From contig CAZOTT010000004.1 in the NCBI GenBank assembly GCA_964582785.1, positions 1-61,447 on the forward strand: a stretch of 61,447 nt of DNA. The letters are read 5' to 3'. A program made the translations under genes and the position numbers. Below are positions 27,876 through 37,182 of the stretch, piece after piece (the stretch's first letter is position 1; the number at the start of each line of letters is the position of its first letter). The notes under the pieces were generated by a model, which was given only the letters and a program-made list of their open reading frames with translations, did not search any database and had not been told where the DNA came from. The DNA is from an uncultured Acidobacteriota bacterium. GTDB lineage: Bacteria; Acidobacteriota; Polarisedimenticolia; J045.

Positions 27876-29351
27876 ATGTCCCTGGCCCGGTCCCCGGTCC
27901 CCCTGCCGGCCCTGATCCCGGCCCTCGCCCTCGTTCTCGGCCCTTCCTGCACCGGCTCCCCGGAGAGCCCCGTCGTTCCCGGCATCGCGGAGCCGTTCCC
28001 CGGCGCCCGGGGCGGCGTCGAGCGGATCCTGGCCGCCGCCCGGAAGGACGATCGCGCCTGGAACCGCCTCGCCGAGCTGTGCGACACGTTCGGGCCCCGG
28101 CCGGCCGGCTCCACCGCCTACCTGGCGGCGGCCCGCTGGGCGGCGGACCGGATGCGAGACGACGGCCTGGACCGGATCCGCCTCGAACCGGTGGAGGTGG
28201 ACGCGTGGGAGCGCGGCGCGGAATCCCTCGTTCTCCTGGAGCCCCACGGCCCCCGTCCCCTCCCGGTGACCGCCCTCGGGGGAAGCGTCGGGACGCCTCC
28301 CGGCGGGATCGAGGCGGAACTCCTGGTGGTTCACGACTTCGACGAGCTGGATCGGAGGGGGGAGGAAGCGCGGGGCCGCATCGTCCTCCTCGACCACCCG
28401 ATGGAAACCCGGGAGGACATGTTCCGCGCCTACGGGGACGCGGTGAAGTACCGCTGGTCCGGCGCCTCCCGGGCGGCGCGCCACGGGGCGCTGGCGGTCC
28501 TGGTTCGTTCCGTCACCACGCGGAGCCTCCGGACGGTTCACACCGGCCAGATGGGCTACGAGAAGGGAGTGCCCCGGATCCCCGCGGCGGCGATCAGCAC
28601 CGAGGACAGCGCGATGCTCGCCCGCCTCGCGGCGCGGGGCGTTCCGCTCCGGGTCCTGCTGCGTCTCGGGGCGCGGGCCGTCGGGCGTCGGCCGTGCCCC
28701 AACGTCGTCGCCGAGCTGCCGGGCCGGGAACTCCCGGACGAGTTCGTGGTCGTCGGCGCCCACCTGGACTCCTGGGACCTGGGCAACGGAGCGATGGATG
28801 ACGGGGGCGGGGTCATCCTGGCCCTCGAAACCGCGCGCCTCCTGCGGGAACTGGGCCTCGTCCCCCGGCGGACCGTCCGGGTCGTGCTGTTCGCCGGGGA
28901 GGAGATCGGGGGGCTGCCGGGCGGCCACGCCTACGTGGACGCCCACCGGGACGAGCTGGACCGGCACGTGGCGGCCCTGGAGTCGGATGCCGGGACCTTC
29001 CACCCCACCGGCTTCACGGTCCGCGCCGGGCCGGAGGCCCGGGAGCGGCTCGCCCGCTTCGTGCGCCTGGTGGCGGGGAAGGGAACGCTCGACCTTCGCG
29101 AGGGAGGCGGGGGACCCGACGTTTCCCCCCTCGGCGCCGCCGGCGTCCCGGCCCTCGGGCTCCGCACCGACAGCACCCACTACTTCGACTTCCACCACTC
29201 CCCCGCCGACATGCCGGAGGCGGTGCCGGACAGGGACCTCCGGGAATCGCTGGGAGCCTTCGCCGCCCTGGCGTGGCTGATCGCCGAGGACCCGGAGCCC
29301 CTGCCCCGTCCTGCCGGGGACGCGGGCGGCACCCGGCCTTCCTCCCGCTAG
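27876..29351 (+). CDS. M28-family peptidase lipoprotein (carboxypeptidase Q-like)
   Basis: 491 aa. Lipobox LVLGPSC. Zinc ligand blocks VVVGAHLDSWDLGNGAMDDGGG, FAGEEIGG and FHHSPAD. Confidence 0.85.
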   Translation: MSLARSPVPLPALIPALALVLGPSCTGSPESPVVPGIAEPFPGARGGVERILAAARKDDRAWNRLAELCDTFGPRPAGSTAYLAAARWAADRMRDDGLDRIRLEPVEVDAWERGAESLVLLEPHGPRPLPVTALGGSVGTPPGGIEAELLVVHDFDELDRRGEEARGRIVLLDHPMETREDMFRAYGDAVKYRWSGASRAARHGALAVLVRSVTTRSLRTVHTGQMGYEKGVPRIPAAAISTEDSAMLARLAARGVPLRVLLRLGARAVGRRPCPNVVAELPGRELPDEFVVVGAHLDSWDLGNGAMDDGGGVILALETARLLRELGLVPRRTVRVVLFAGEEIGGLPGGHAYVDAHRDELDRHVAALESDAGTFHPTGFTVRAGPEARERLARFVRLVAGKGTLDLREGGGGPDVSPLGAAGVPALGLRTDSTHYFDFHHSPADMPEAVPDRDLRESLGAFAALAWLIAEDPEPLPRPAGDAGGTRPSSR

Positions 29352-29585
29352 CGAGGGAGCCTTCCGCGGCGCGCCCGACGGGGCAGCGCCTCGAGAACCG
29401 GGTCATCCTGCCGCCGGCCGGGGAGGTGTCCGCGGCAGCGCCGGGGAGCGGTCGCGGCGCGCCCCGGGGCGGAGAGCCGCGGGAGCACGGCCGTCCATCC
29501 CGGCGGGTGCGCGAAGGGCCGCCTCTTCGTCCGGGGCCGCGACGCGGTTCCCGGCGGGCCGCGGCGGGCGAAAGGCCCGCCCCCC

Positions 29586-30086
29586 TCAGGAATGTCCGAA
29601 GGGCCGCTTCTTCGTCCGGGGCCGGGGACGGCGGTCTTTCCGCGGCGCCGGGGGAGCAAGGTTCATCCGCAGCTTTTCCAGGCGCGCCCGGACCTTTTCC
29701 CGTTCCCGGACCTTCGGCAGCCGCCGGAACCGCTGATCGAGCACGGGCAGGAAGTCGCGGAGCGCGGCCCGGGACTCCGCCCGCCGGGCAAGCTGCCAGA
29801 ACACGAGAGCGGCGCTTTCCATGTCCCGGCAGGCCAGGGCATCCTTCGCCGAGAACGAACCCTCGCGGTGAATGACGGGAACCCGGAGGGAACTCTCGGA
29901 GTCCGTGCGAAGGTCGTATCCCCCGAGCACGCGCTTCGTGCACTTGACGGTCGCGTAGTAGAGCTTCCGCGCCTGCTCCTTCAGTTTCCCGCCCGGCCGG
30001 TCCGGGTTGCGGGCCCCCGCCGGGATCCCCGCCAGGAACGCGACCAGGAGACCCGCCACCGCGAGGCGACGGAACGATCCTGCCAT
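29586..30086 (-). CDS. secreted hypothetical protein with basic C-terminal tail
   Basis: 166 aa from MAGSFRRLAVAGLLVAFLAG (signal). AAAGGAGGA lies upstream on the minus strand. Confidence 0.5.
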   Translation of the reverse strand: MAGSFRRLAVAGLLVAFLAGIPAGARNPDRPGGKLKEQARKLYYATVKCTKRVLGGYDLRTDSESSLRVPVIHREGSFSAKDALACRDMESAALVFWQLARRAESRAALRDFLPVLDQRFRRLPKVREREKVRARLEKLRMNLAPPAPRKDRRPRPRTKKRPFGHS

Positions 30087-30139
30087 CGGCTTGTCCTCCT
30101 TTTTCGTGCGCCGGGCTCCACGCGCCGGGACGGCGGCCT

Positions 30140-30826
30140 TCACGCCTGCCCTGCCGGGTCTTCTCCCGCGTCGTTCCCCGGCCCGTCCGCGGCCTGCCGC
30201 AACTTCCGCATCATCTCGAGGAAGGTCTCCCGGTTCGCCTCCACGGTCGGCCGGGGACCGGTCACCTTGAAGAACCAGGGTCCTCCCTCGCCCTCGACGA
30301 CGGCCCCGAGCAGGGCGGTCCGCGCGAGGGGCCTGCCCGGGCCCCCTTCCTCCCGGGCGGCCCGGTAGGCCCCGGCCACTTCCACCACGTGGACCCGGAA
30401 CGGGCCCACGGGGAAATCTTCCCGCCGGGGACGGGCTCCCGGGTCCGGTTCGACCTGGGCGATCCAGCGCCGGATGTTGGCCTCGACCCCGCCGCCCTGC
30501 CCCGGCCCGAACCAGAAGACGACGAGCAGGGCATCCCCGGCGGGGCCGGGGATCTTCGCCTGGGCCGCCCGCATCCGGGACTCCGGCACCTGGGGCGTCC
30601 ACGATTCCGGAATCCGGCAGACCAGGTTCCCCAGGTCGAGCATCCTTGCCGGCATCGCGTGTCCCGGGGGCATCTCCATCCCACCGTGGGGATCCGCGGC
30701 GGTGGCGGGTCCATGCCCCGCCCCCGCGTTCTCCGCCGCGGGGGGTGGCGCCGCTTCCCGCCCGCACCCCGCCAGCAGCAGGAGGGCCCCCGCCATTCCC
30801 GCCAGCACAACGCCGGTCCGTCCCAT
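30140..30826 (-). CDS. lipoprotein, unknown function
   Basis: 228 aa from MGRTGVVLAGMAGALLLLAGC (lipobox). A GGAGAGGA-like SD is present. Confidence 0.55.
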   Translation of the reverse strand: MGRTGVVLAGMAGALLLLAGCGREAAPPPAAENAGAGHGPATAADPHGGMEMPPGHAMPARMLDLGNLVCRIPESWTPQVPESRMRAAQAKIPGPAGDALLVVFWFGPGQGGGVEANIRRWIAQVEPDPGARPRREDFPVGPFRVHVVEVAGAYRAAREEGGPGRPLARTALLGAVVEGEGGPWFFKVTGPRPTVEANRETFLEMMRKLRQAADGPGNDAGEDPAGQA

Positions 30827-30953
30827 CGTTCGTCCTCTCCTTCCGTTCCGCGCCCGGGCCTCCCGGACGATTCCGGGAGGCCATTCTATCCACCGATCCA
30901 CGGAAACGGGCGGGCCCGCGCCCGCCCGCTCCGCGCCGGAACCCGTTTCCGGG

Positions 30954-31346
30954 TCACTCGACCTCGACGACCGTCTCCTCGCTCATCCAGACCCCGTGCT
31001 TCGTGCAGTAGGACATGGCGGTCAGCCGGCCGGTCTTCGCGAGGGAGACGTGGAACGTGACCTGGGTGAACCCGGACGCCTCCTCCTTGCCCGCAACGGT
31101 CACGCCGGGCTGGTACATCGCCATGGCGAGCATGGTGTTCCCGTCGTAGAGCTGGACCCACTGGATGTGGTGGTCGATCACGTCCGGGTGAACGTACTCG
31201 TTGCCCAGCTTCACGGTCACGTCGAACGCCTCCCCCTTCTTCACCTTCGCCGGGGCGACGACGTGGGGGGTGTGCCGGTCGATGTAATCCTTCTTGGCCT
31301 CCTTCATGTCGGCCGTGATTTCCTGGGGCATGTTGATCTTCAGCAT
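30954..31346 (-). CDS. superoxide reductase (desulfoferrodoxin/neelaredoxin family, centre II domain)
   Basis: 130 aa. HxP....H ligands in KDYIDRHTPHVV, HPDVIDHHIQW and C-x2-H in YCTKHGVW. Confidence 0.85.
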   Translation of the reverse strand: MLKINMPQEITADMKEAKKDYIDRHTPHVVAPAKVKKGEAFDVTVKLGNEYVHPDVIDHHIQWVQLYDGNTMLAMAMYQPGVTVAGKEEASGFTQVTFHVSLAKTGRLTAMSYCTKHGVWMSEETVVEVE

Positions 31347-31617
31347 CGGTTCGTTCTCCTCTTCCAGCCGGCCGAAAGGCCGGGGATCGGTCGGTCGCTT
31401 CCGGTGGACACCTAGGCTAACACGCTCGGACCACTTTGCAACTTGATTGCATCAGGAGGGGGTGCGATCCCGAGGCCGGGAAGGTGCCCTCCACTTTGCC
31501 CCACATCCCCCCCGCGCCTGTCACCACCGGGGACACATCCCCCCGGCGCATGTCCCCCGCCGGGGTTCCGCCGGCTCCCCTCCCGGCCACGCCGCCGCCC
31601 GCTATGATGGCCCGGCC

Positions 31618-32997
31618 ATGCGGATCCCGGTCCCGGAACCGATTCTCGATCTCAGCCGCCGCGCCCGCGCCGCGGGGGGGCGCGTCCTGGTCGTGGGCGG
31701 GGCAGTGCGGGATGCCGCGTTCGGACTTCCCCCGGGAGGATTCGATCTCGAGGTGTACGGCCTGGCCCCCGACCGGCTGGAGTCGCTCCTCGCTTCCCTG
31801 GGCCCGGTGTACCGGGTGGGCCGGTCGTTCGGTGTGCTGAAGGTCCGGGTCGAGGGGGTGGGCGAGGTGGACGTCGCGGTTCCCCGCCGGGACAACCGGG
31901 TCGGCCGCGGTCACCGCGGTTTCCTGGTCGAGGCCGACCCTTCCCTTTCCCCCCGGGAGGCCGCGCGCCGGCGGGACTACACGATCAACGCGATGGCCTG
32001 GGACCCGCTGACCGGCGAGCTGCTCGATTTCTTCGGCGGGATGGACGACGTGCGCGCCCGCCTCCTCCGCCCGGTGTCCTCCGCCTTCCGCGAGGACGCC
32101 CTGCGCGTCCTGCGGGGCTTCCAGTTCGCGGGGCGCTTTCGCCTCGCGCCGGCCCCGGAACTGCCTTCCCTCGCCCGGCAGATGCTCCCGGACTACGCCG
32201 ACCTGGCGATCGAGCGGGTCTGGTGGGAGTGGCGAAAGTGGGCCGAGCGATCGGTCGCCCCCTCCCGGGGGCTGGAGCTGCTCCGCGCCACCGGCTGGCT
32301 GGCCCCGTACCCCGAGCTGGCCGCCCTCGTCGGCTGCCCCCAGGAACCGGACTGGCACCCGGAAGGGGATGCCTGGACCCACACCCTCCTCGCCTGCGAC
32401 GCGATGGCGGCCCTGCTCTCCCGGGAAGGGACCGGGGGCGAGGACCGGGTGGTTCTCCAGCTGGCCGCCCTGGTCCACGACCTGGGGAAACCGGAGACCA
32501 CCCGCCGGGAGGGGGGCCGGATCCGTTCCCCCGGGCACGAGACCCGGACCGGGACGATGGAACGGTTCCTCGGCCGGATCGGCTGCCCCGCCCACGTCGC
32601 CCGGCGGGTCGTGGTCCTCTGCCGGCATCACCTCTCGCACCTGCATTTCCGGGGGAGCCGACGCCACGTTCGCCGGCTGGCCGCCGCCCTCGGGGAAGCG
32701 GGGGAAACGATCGCCCGGCTCGCCCTGCTGATTCGGGCGGACCAGGCCGCCCGCCCTCCGCTCCGGGACGACCCGCCCCACCTGGAGGAACTGCTGGAGG
32801 TCGCCCGGGAGCTGGCGGCCGAGGCCGCGGCGCCCCGCCCCCTGCTCCGGGGGCGGGACGTCCTCTCCCTCGGGGTCCCGCCGGGCCCCCCCGTGGGGCG
32901 GATTCTCCGGGAAGCCTGGGAGGCCCAGCTGGACGGCGCCTTCACCGACCGGGAGGGGGCCCTCGCCTGGCTCCGCGACCGCCTGGCGGGCTCCTGA
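31618..32997 (+). CDS. cca: CCA-adding enzyme (tRNA nucleotidyltransferase with HD domain)
   Basis: 459 aa. GGAVRDAAFG..DLEV, RRDYTINAMA, and an HD domain (LLACDAMA..LAALVHDLGK). Confidence 0.85.
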   Translation: MRIPVPEPILDLSRRARAAGGRVLVVGGAVRDAAFGLPPGGFDLEVYGLAPDRLESLLASLGPVYRVGRSFGVLKVRVEGVGEVDVAVPRRDNRVGRGHRGFLVEADPSLSPREAARRRDYTINAMAWDPLTGELLDFFGGMDDVRARLLRPVSSAFREDALRVLRGFQFAGRFRLAPAPELPSLARQMLPDYADLAIERVWWEWRKWAERSVAPSRGLELLRATGWLAPYPELAALVGCPQEPDWHPEGDAWTHTLLACDAMAALLSREGTGGEDRVVLQLAALVHDLGKPETTRREGGRIRSPGHETRTGTMERFLGRIGCPAHVARRVVVLCRHHLSHLHFRGSRRHVRRLAAALGEAGETIARLALLIRADQAARPPLRDDPPHLEELLEVARELAAEAAAPRPLLRGRDVLSLGVPPGPPVGRILREAWEAQLDGAFTDREGALAWLRDRLAGS

Positions 32998-33112
32998 TGC
33001 CGGTCCGCCGGGAACCGGTCGCCCCCCGGTTTCCCCCGGCCCGATCCCGGGGCATGCTTTCTCCCGTGCCCCTACCTGCCGGGGACCCGTTCCCCGCCAT
33101 GGAGACCTGCCG

Positions 33113-33886
33113 ATGAAACGGACCCTCGCCATCGTTCCCGCCCTCGCCCTCTTCCTCCTCGCCGCCCTCCCCTCCGCCGCGGCCGGGGAGATGACCCTCG
33201 ACCAGGCCCTCCGGAAGCACTACGCGGCCCGGGGCGGCCTCGAGAAGATGGAGGCCGTCCACGCCCTGCACATGAAGGGAAAGATGACCCTCCCCCAGGG
33301 GATGGAGGCTCCCCTCGAGACCTGGTGGGAGGCGCCGAACCATTTCCGCGTGGAGTTCTCCTTCCAGGGGATGACCGCCATCCAGACGTTCGACGGAAAG
33401 GAAGGATGGTCGCTGATGCCGTTCACGGGGAAGCAGGAACCCCAGCCGATGCCGAAGGAGCAGGTGGAGGAGGCGAAGACCCAGTCCGACTGGATGGGCC
33501 TCCTCGTCCACGCGAAGGACAAGGGGATCACCCTCGAGTGGAAGGGACCCGCCGAGGTGGACGGCTCCCCCGCCTGGCGCATCGACGCGGTCGGCCGGGA
33601 CGGGCAGCGGACCGAGGTCTACCTGGACGGCGGGACGTTCCTCGAGCGGCGGGAGGTGCGGCACATCCAGCGGGGGGGCCAGGACCTGGAACTGCGGGTC
33701 GACTACGGGGACTACCGGAACGTCGACGGGCTGGTCTTCCCCTTCGAGATGCGGACCAGCATTTCCGGGATGCCCGCCGGCCGGTCGATGACCATCGAGT
33801 CCCTGGAGGTCGACCCGGAGATCCCGGCCGGCCTCTTCGGCAAGCCCGCGGTCCCTTCCCCGCCGGCCCGGCAGGAAGCCCGCTGA
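33113..33886 (+). CDS. LolA-like outer-membrane lipoprotein-sorting family protein (tentative)
   Basis: 257 aa. A signal peptide and an all-beta composition typical of the LolA-fold 'lipoprotein-sorting' family. Assigned by pattern recognition only. Confidence 0.6.
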   Translation: MKRTLAIVPALALFLLAALPSAAAGEMTLDQALRKHYAARGGLEKMEAVHALHMKGKMTLPQGMEAPLETWWEAPNHFRVEFSFQGMTAIQTFDGKEGWSLMPFTGKQEPQPMPKEQVEEAKTQSDWMGLLVHAKDKGITLEWKGPAEVDGSPAWRIDAVGRDGQRTEVYLDGGTFLERREVRHIQRGGQDLELRVDYGDYRNVDGLVFPFEMRTSISGMPAGRSMTIESLEVDPEIPAGLFGKPAVPSPPARQEAR

Positions 33887-33971
33887 TCCGGGCGCCGTCC
33901 GGTCCCCCGCCCCGCCCCGGCCGCGGCCGGGTGCGGGATCCTTTCCCCGGGCGCAGACCGGGTCCGGGGAG

Positions 33972-35609
33972 GTGGTCGCCTCCCCGGACCCCGGAGGACC
34001 GGCCGTGGGCCCGGTTCTGCTCGCGCTGATCGCCGCATCCATCCTGCTGCCGGCCGCCCCCCGGGCGATCGCCGTCGGTGACGTGGACGGGGACGGGTCG
34101 CCGGAAATCGTCCTCCTGCTCGCGTGGCCCCGCTGGGGCTCGGCCCTGCGGAACGGGGCGACCGCGCCGGGCATGATGGAGGTCGACGTGGTTCCGGCCG
34201 TCGAGGAGCGGCGGGAGATCCGGGTCCTGCGGTTGGCGGACGGCCGCCTGGCTCCCGCCGCCACCCCGCTGCGGGTCGGGCAGGAGGTGCTGGCCCTGGG
34301 CGCGGGAGGCCCCCGGCAACCGGTGCTGGTCCTGGCGGACGGTGGCATCTTCCGCCTCGCCCCCGTCCCCTCCGCCGCGGCAGGTGAACCGCCCCGCCTC
34401 CGGCTGGAACAGGTGGCCTCGATCCCCGGCCACCTCCTCTCCGGGACCGGGCGTGTCGTCTCCCGCTTCCCCTTCGTCCGGGACCTGGACGGGCGCCCGC
34501 CGGCGGAAGTGACCGTGCCCGTACAGGACGGCTTCCTCCTCGTGCAACCCGGCGGCGTCCGCTCCCGGCTGCCGGCTCCCGTCGCCCGCGTCGAGGGCAC
34601 CGCGGCCGACCTGGCGATCCCGGTCCCGGCGGACCTGGACGGGGACGGAACCGGGGATCTCGTCGCCTGGCTCGACCGGGCCGCGGGACCGGACGGTCAC
34701 GCCTCCCTCGGCCGGGTGGCCCTCTTCCGGGGGCGGGGACGGCTCGCCTGGGCCCCGCCGCGGGTCTTCGACCTGGACCCGCTCCTCGAGGTTCTTCTCC
34801 CCCCCGCCCCGGAGCGGGACCCGGGTTCCTGGCAGGGACTGGTGGTCGCCGGCGTGGCCGACTGGGACCGGGACGGAACGCCGGAGGTCGCCCTCGAGCG
34901 GCGCACCCTCGCCGTCTCTTCCGCCCGGGAAGCGCTCCGGACGTTCCGCCGGGCGCCGGTGCGGTACACCTTTCACCGGCTGCTTCCGGGAGGAAGGGTC
35001 GAGGAACGCCCGGAATGGACCCTGGAGGCGACCGGTCTCGACTACCCGTTCGTCGAGGGAGGACCCCGCTCTCCCTTCGCCGACCTGGACGGGGACGGGG
35101 TGCCGGAACTGGTGACGGTCGACCTGGGGATCGGGTGGTTCGGGGTCGGCCGGGCCCTGGTCACCGGGACCGGCAGGGCGTTCGTCCGGCCCCACCTGTT
35201 CCGCTTCGCGGGCGGCCGGTTCCGGGAGGTGGCGGGGGCGGTGCCGCAACTCGTCGGCCGGATGAACCTCCGCGAGGGGGAGCTGCGCCGGTTCGCCCGC
35301 TGGCCCGCCGACCTGGACGGGGACGGGATCCGGGAACTGGTCGAGGTCGCGGAAGACCAGCTGCGGATCCGGTACGGCCGGCCCGGCCCGCGGTGGCCGG
35401 CCCGGCCCGATGCCCGGGTCCGGCTCGCGGGCCCCCTCCGCCACTGGCTCGGGATGCAGGCGGTGGACCTGGACGGGGTCCCTCCCCGGGAACTGCTGCT
35501 GGTGGAAACCGTGCCGGTGCGCGGGAAACGGACCCCGGAGGGGGAGGAGCTGGCGGAACCGGTCCTCCTCGAGATCGTCCGGCCTCCGCTGCCGGGGGAG
35601 ACCCGCTGA
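33972..35609 (+). CDS. FG-GAP/VCBS repeat protein
   Basis: 545 aa. Repeated Ca-binding loops DVDGDGSPEIV, DLDGDGTGDLV, DWDRDGTPEV, DLDGDGVPELV, DLDGDGIRELV. The start is approximate. Confidence 0.7.
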   Translation: MVASPDPGGPAVGPVLLALIAASILLPAAPRAIAVGDVDGDGSPEIVLLLAWPRWGSALRNGATAPGMMEVDVVPAVEERREIRVLRLADGRLAPAATPLRVGQEVLALGAGGPRQPVLVLADGGIFRLAPVPSAAAGEPPRLRLEQVASIPGHLLSGTGRVVSRFPFVRDLDGRPPAEVTVPVQDGFLLVQPGGVRSRLPAPVARVEGTAADLAIPVPADLDGDGTGDLVAWLDRAAGPDGHASLGRVALFRGRGRLAWAPPRVFDLDPLLEVLLPPAPERDPGSWQGLVVAGVADWDRDGTPEVALERRTLAVSSAREALRTFRRAPVRYTFHRLLPGGRVEERPEWTLEATGLDYPFVEGGPRSPFADLDGDGVPELVTVDLGIGWFGVGRALVTGTGRAFVRPHLFRFAGGRFREVAGAVPQLVGRMNLREGELRRFARWPADLDGDGIRELVEVAEDQLRIRYGRPGPRWPARPDARVRLAGPLRHWLGMQAVDLDGVPPRELLLVETVPVRGKRTPEGEELAEPVLLEIVRPPLPGETR

Positions 35610-37075
35610 TGGCCCGGTGGCGGCGAGGGCTGCCGGTGGCGGCCTGCCTGTTTCTCGCCGTGACCTGCCCGGGCCTGGCCGGGAGCGTCCTGCGGGCGGA
35701 CGTACCCGGGAAACTCGAGCCGGTCCCGGGCCCCCCCGGGGGAACGCCCTTCGTCCTCTTCCGGGGGGAGCCCGGGGCGCCCGGGAAACCGGCGCCCCTC
35801 TTCCGCGCGGGGATCCGGGGGGGAAGAATCACCGTCGAGGAGGCCGGTCACCTGCCCCCCCGGACCCTCGCCGTCGAGCTCCTGCCGGCGGCGGCCGGCT
35901 CTCCCCCCGCCTGCCTCGTCTCCCTGCCGGGGAAGGTCGGCCTCCTGCCGGCGGGGGCGGGGGGCACGTTCCACCCGGAAGACCTCGTCTCCCTCCTGGA
36001 GGATCCGCGCCTCGCGGCGGACCGCCTGCTCCACCCCGACCTGGACGGGGACGGCACCGGCGACCTGCTGGTGGAAACGTGGGCGGGGGTGCTGCTGCTC
36101 CGCCGGACCGGTCCCCGGCGGTGGGATCCCCGGGGCTGGCTGCCCCTTCCCCGCGCGGCGTACCTGGCCGGTGGAGCGGTCCACGTGCGAGCCCGGCCCC
36201 CCGCGCCGCCGGCGCCCGGCCCGCCCCCCCGCACCCTGTGGGCGAGGGACCACTCCGAGGGGGAGATCGTCGTCTTCCGCGGGGCACCGGTCGAGGCCGC
36301 GCGCCCGCGCCCCGGCGGTGGAAAACCGCCCCTGGTCGCCCGGGTCCGCCTCCCCGGGGGGCCGCGGTCCCCCGTGGCCTCGATCCTGGTTCCGGGAACG
36401 CCGGACCGGGTCGTGCTGGTGGACGTCGCTTCCGGCTGGCTCGGTCCCCGGGGCCGGCCCCGCCTGCTCGCCTGCCCCCTCGCCCCCCGGGACGCGGGCG
36501 TTCCCGCAGCGCCGGAACTGGCGTCGGCGCTGCCCCTCGATCCCCGGCGCGGGGACCCGCTCCTCGCCGTCGCGGACGCGGACGGCGACGGAACCCGGGA
36601 CCTCCTCGCGGGAGGCGTGTCCCGGGGCTCCTCCCGCGCCATCGCGGTCCTCGTCTTCCGCGGTCTCGGGGCCGGGCGGTTCGCCGCGGACCCGCTCGTC
36701 TTCCGGGCCCGTGCCGGGAAGTCCGCCGCGCTCCTCTCCCTGCGGGACCTGGACGGGGACGGGCGGCCCGACCTGCTGGCCGTCGCCCGCGGTTCCGTCC
36801 TCTGGTGGAAGGGCGAAGCCCCCCAGCCGGGAACCCTCCCCTGGCCCCGGCGGCCCACGGCCCGGTGGACGGTTCCGGGCCGGGGCTCCCTCCCGGGGCC
36901 CCCGCTCCTGCTCAACGCGGGCAGCGGGCGGCGGCTGGTCTTCCGCCACCTCCTGCCCGACGGCAGGACGACCCGCCTGCTGGCGTTTCCCCTCCCTTCC
37001 GGGACCGGCCGGCCCCGCCCGCGGGACGGATCCCGGGGCGCGGCAGGCACCCGCGGCGCCGGCCGCGGAAGCTGA
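35609..37075 (+). CDS. FG-GAP repeat protein (second copy)
   Basis: 488 aa from MARWRRGLPVAACLFLAV (signal). DLDGDGTGDLL, DADGDGTRDLL, DLDGDGRPDLL. TGATG overlap with the upstream gene. Confidence 0.65.
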   Translation: MARWRRGLPVAACLFLAVTCPGLAGSVLRADVPGKLEPVPGPPGGTPFVLFRGEPGAPGKPAPLFRAGIRGGRITVEEAGHLPPRTLAVELLPAAAGSPPACLVSLPGKVGLLPAGAGGTFHPEDLVSLLEDPRLAADRLLHPDLDGDGTGDLLVETWAGVLLLRRTGPRRWDPRGWLPLPRAAYLAGGAVHVRARPPAPPAPGPPPRTLWARDHSEGEIVVFRGAPVEAARPRPGGGKPPLVARVRLPGGPRSPVASILVPGTPDRVVLVDVASGWLGPRGRPRLLACPLAPRDAGVPAAPELASALPLDPRRGDPLLAVADADGDGTRDLLAGGVSRGSSRAIAVLVFRGLGAGRFAADPLVFRARAGKSAALLSLRDLDGDGRPDLLAVARGSVLWWKGEAPQPGTLPWPRRPTARWTVPGRGSLPGPPLLLNAGSGRRLVFRHLLPDGRTTRLLAFPLPSGTGRPRPRDGSRGAAGTRGAGRGS

Positions 37076-37182
37076 GCGAGGAGGAGGCGGGGGGCGGGCC
37101 ACCTCTTCCGTTTTTCGTGGCCCCGGGAAGCCCGGCCCGGTACTTTCCGAAGACCGAGAGGAACGCTCGTCCCCCCGGAGGT

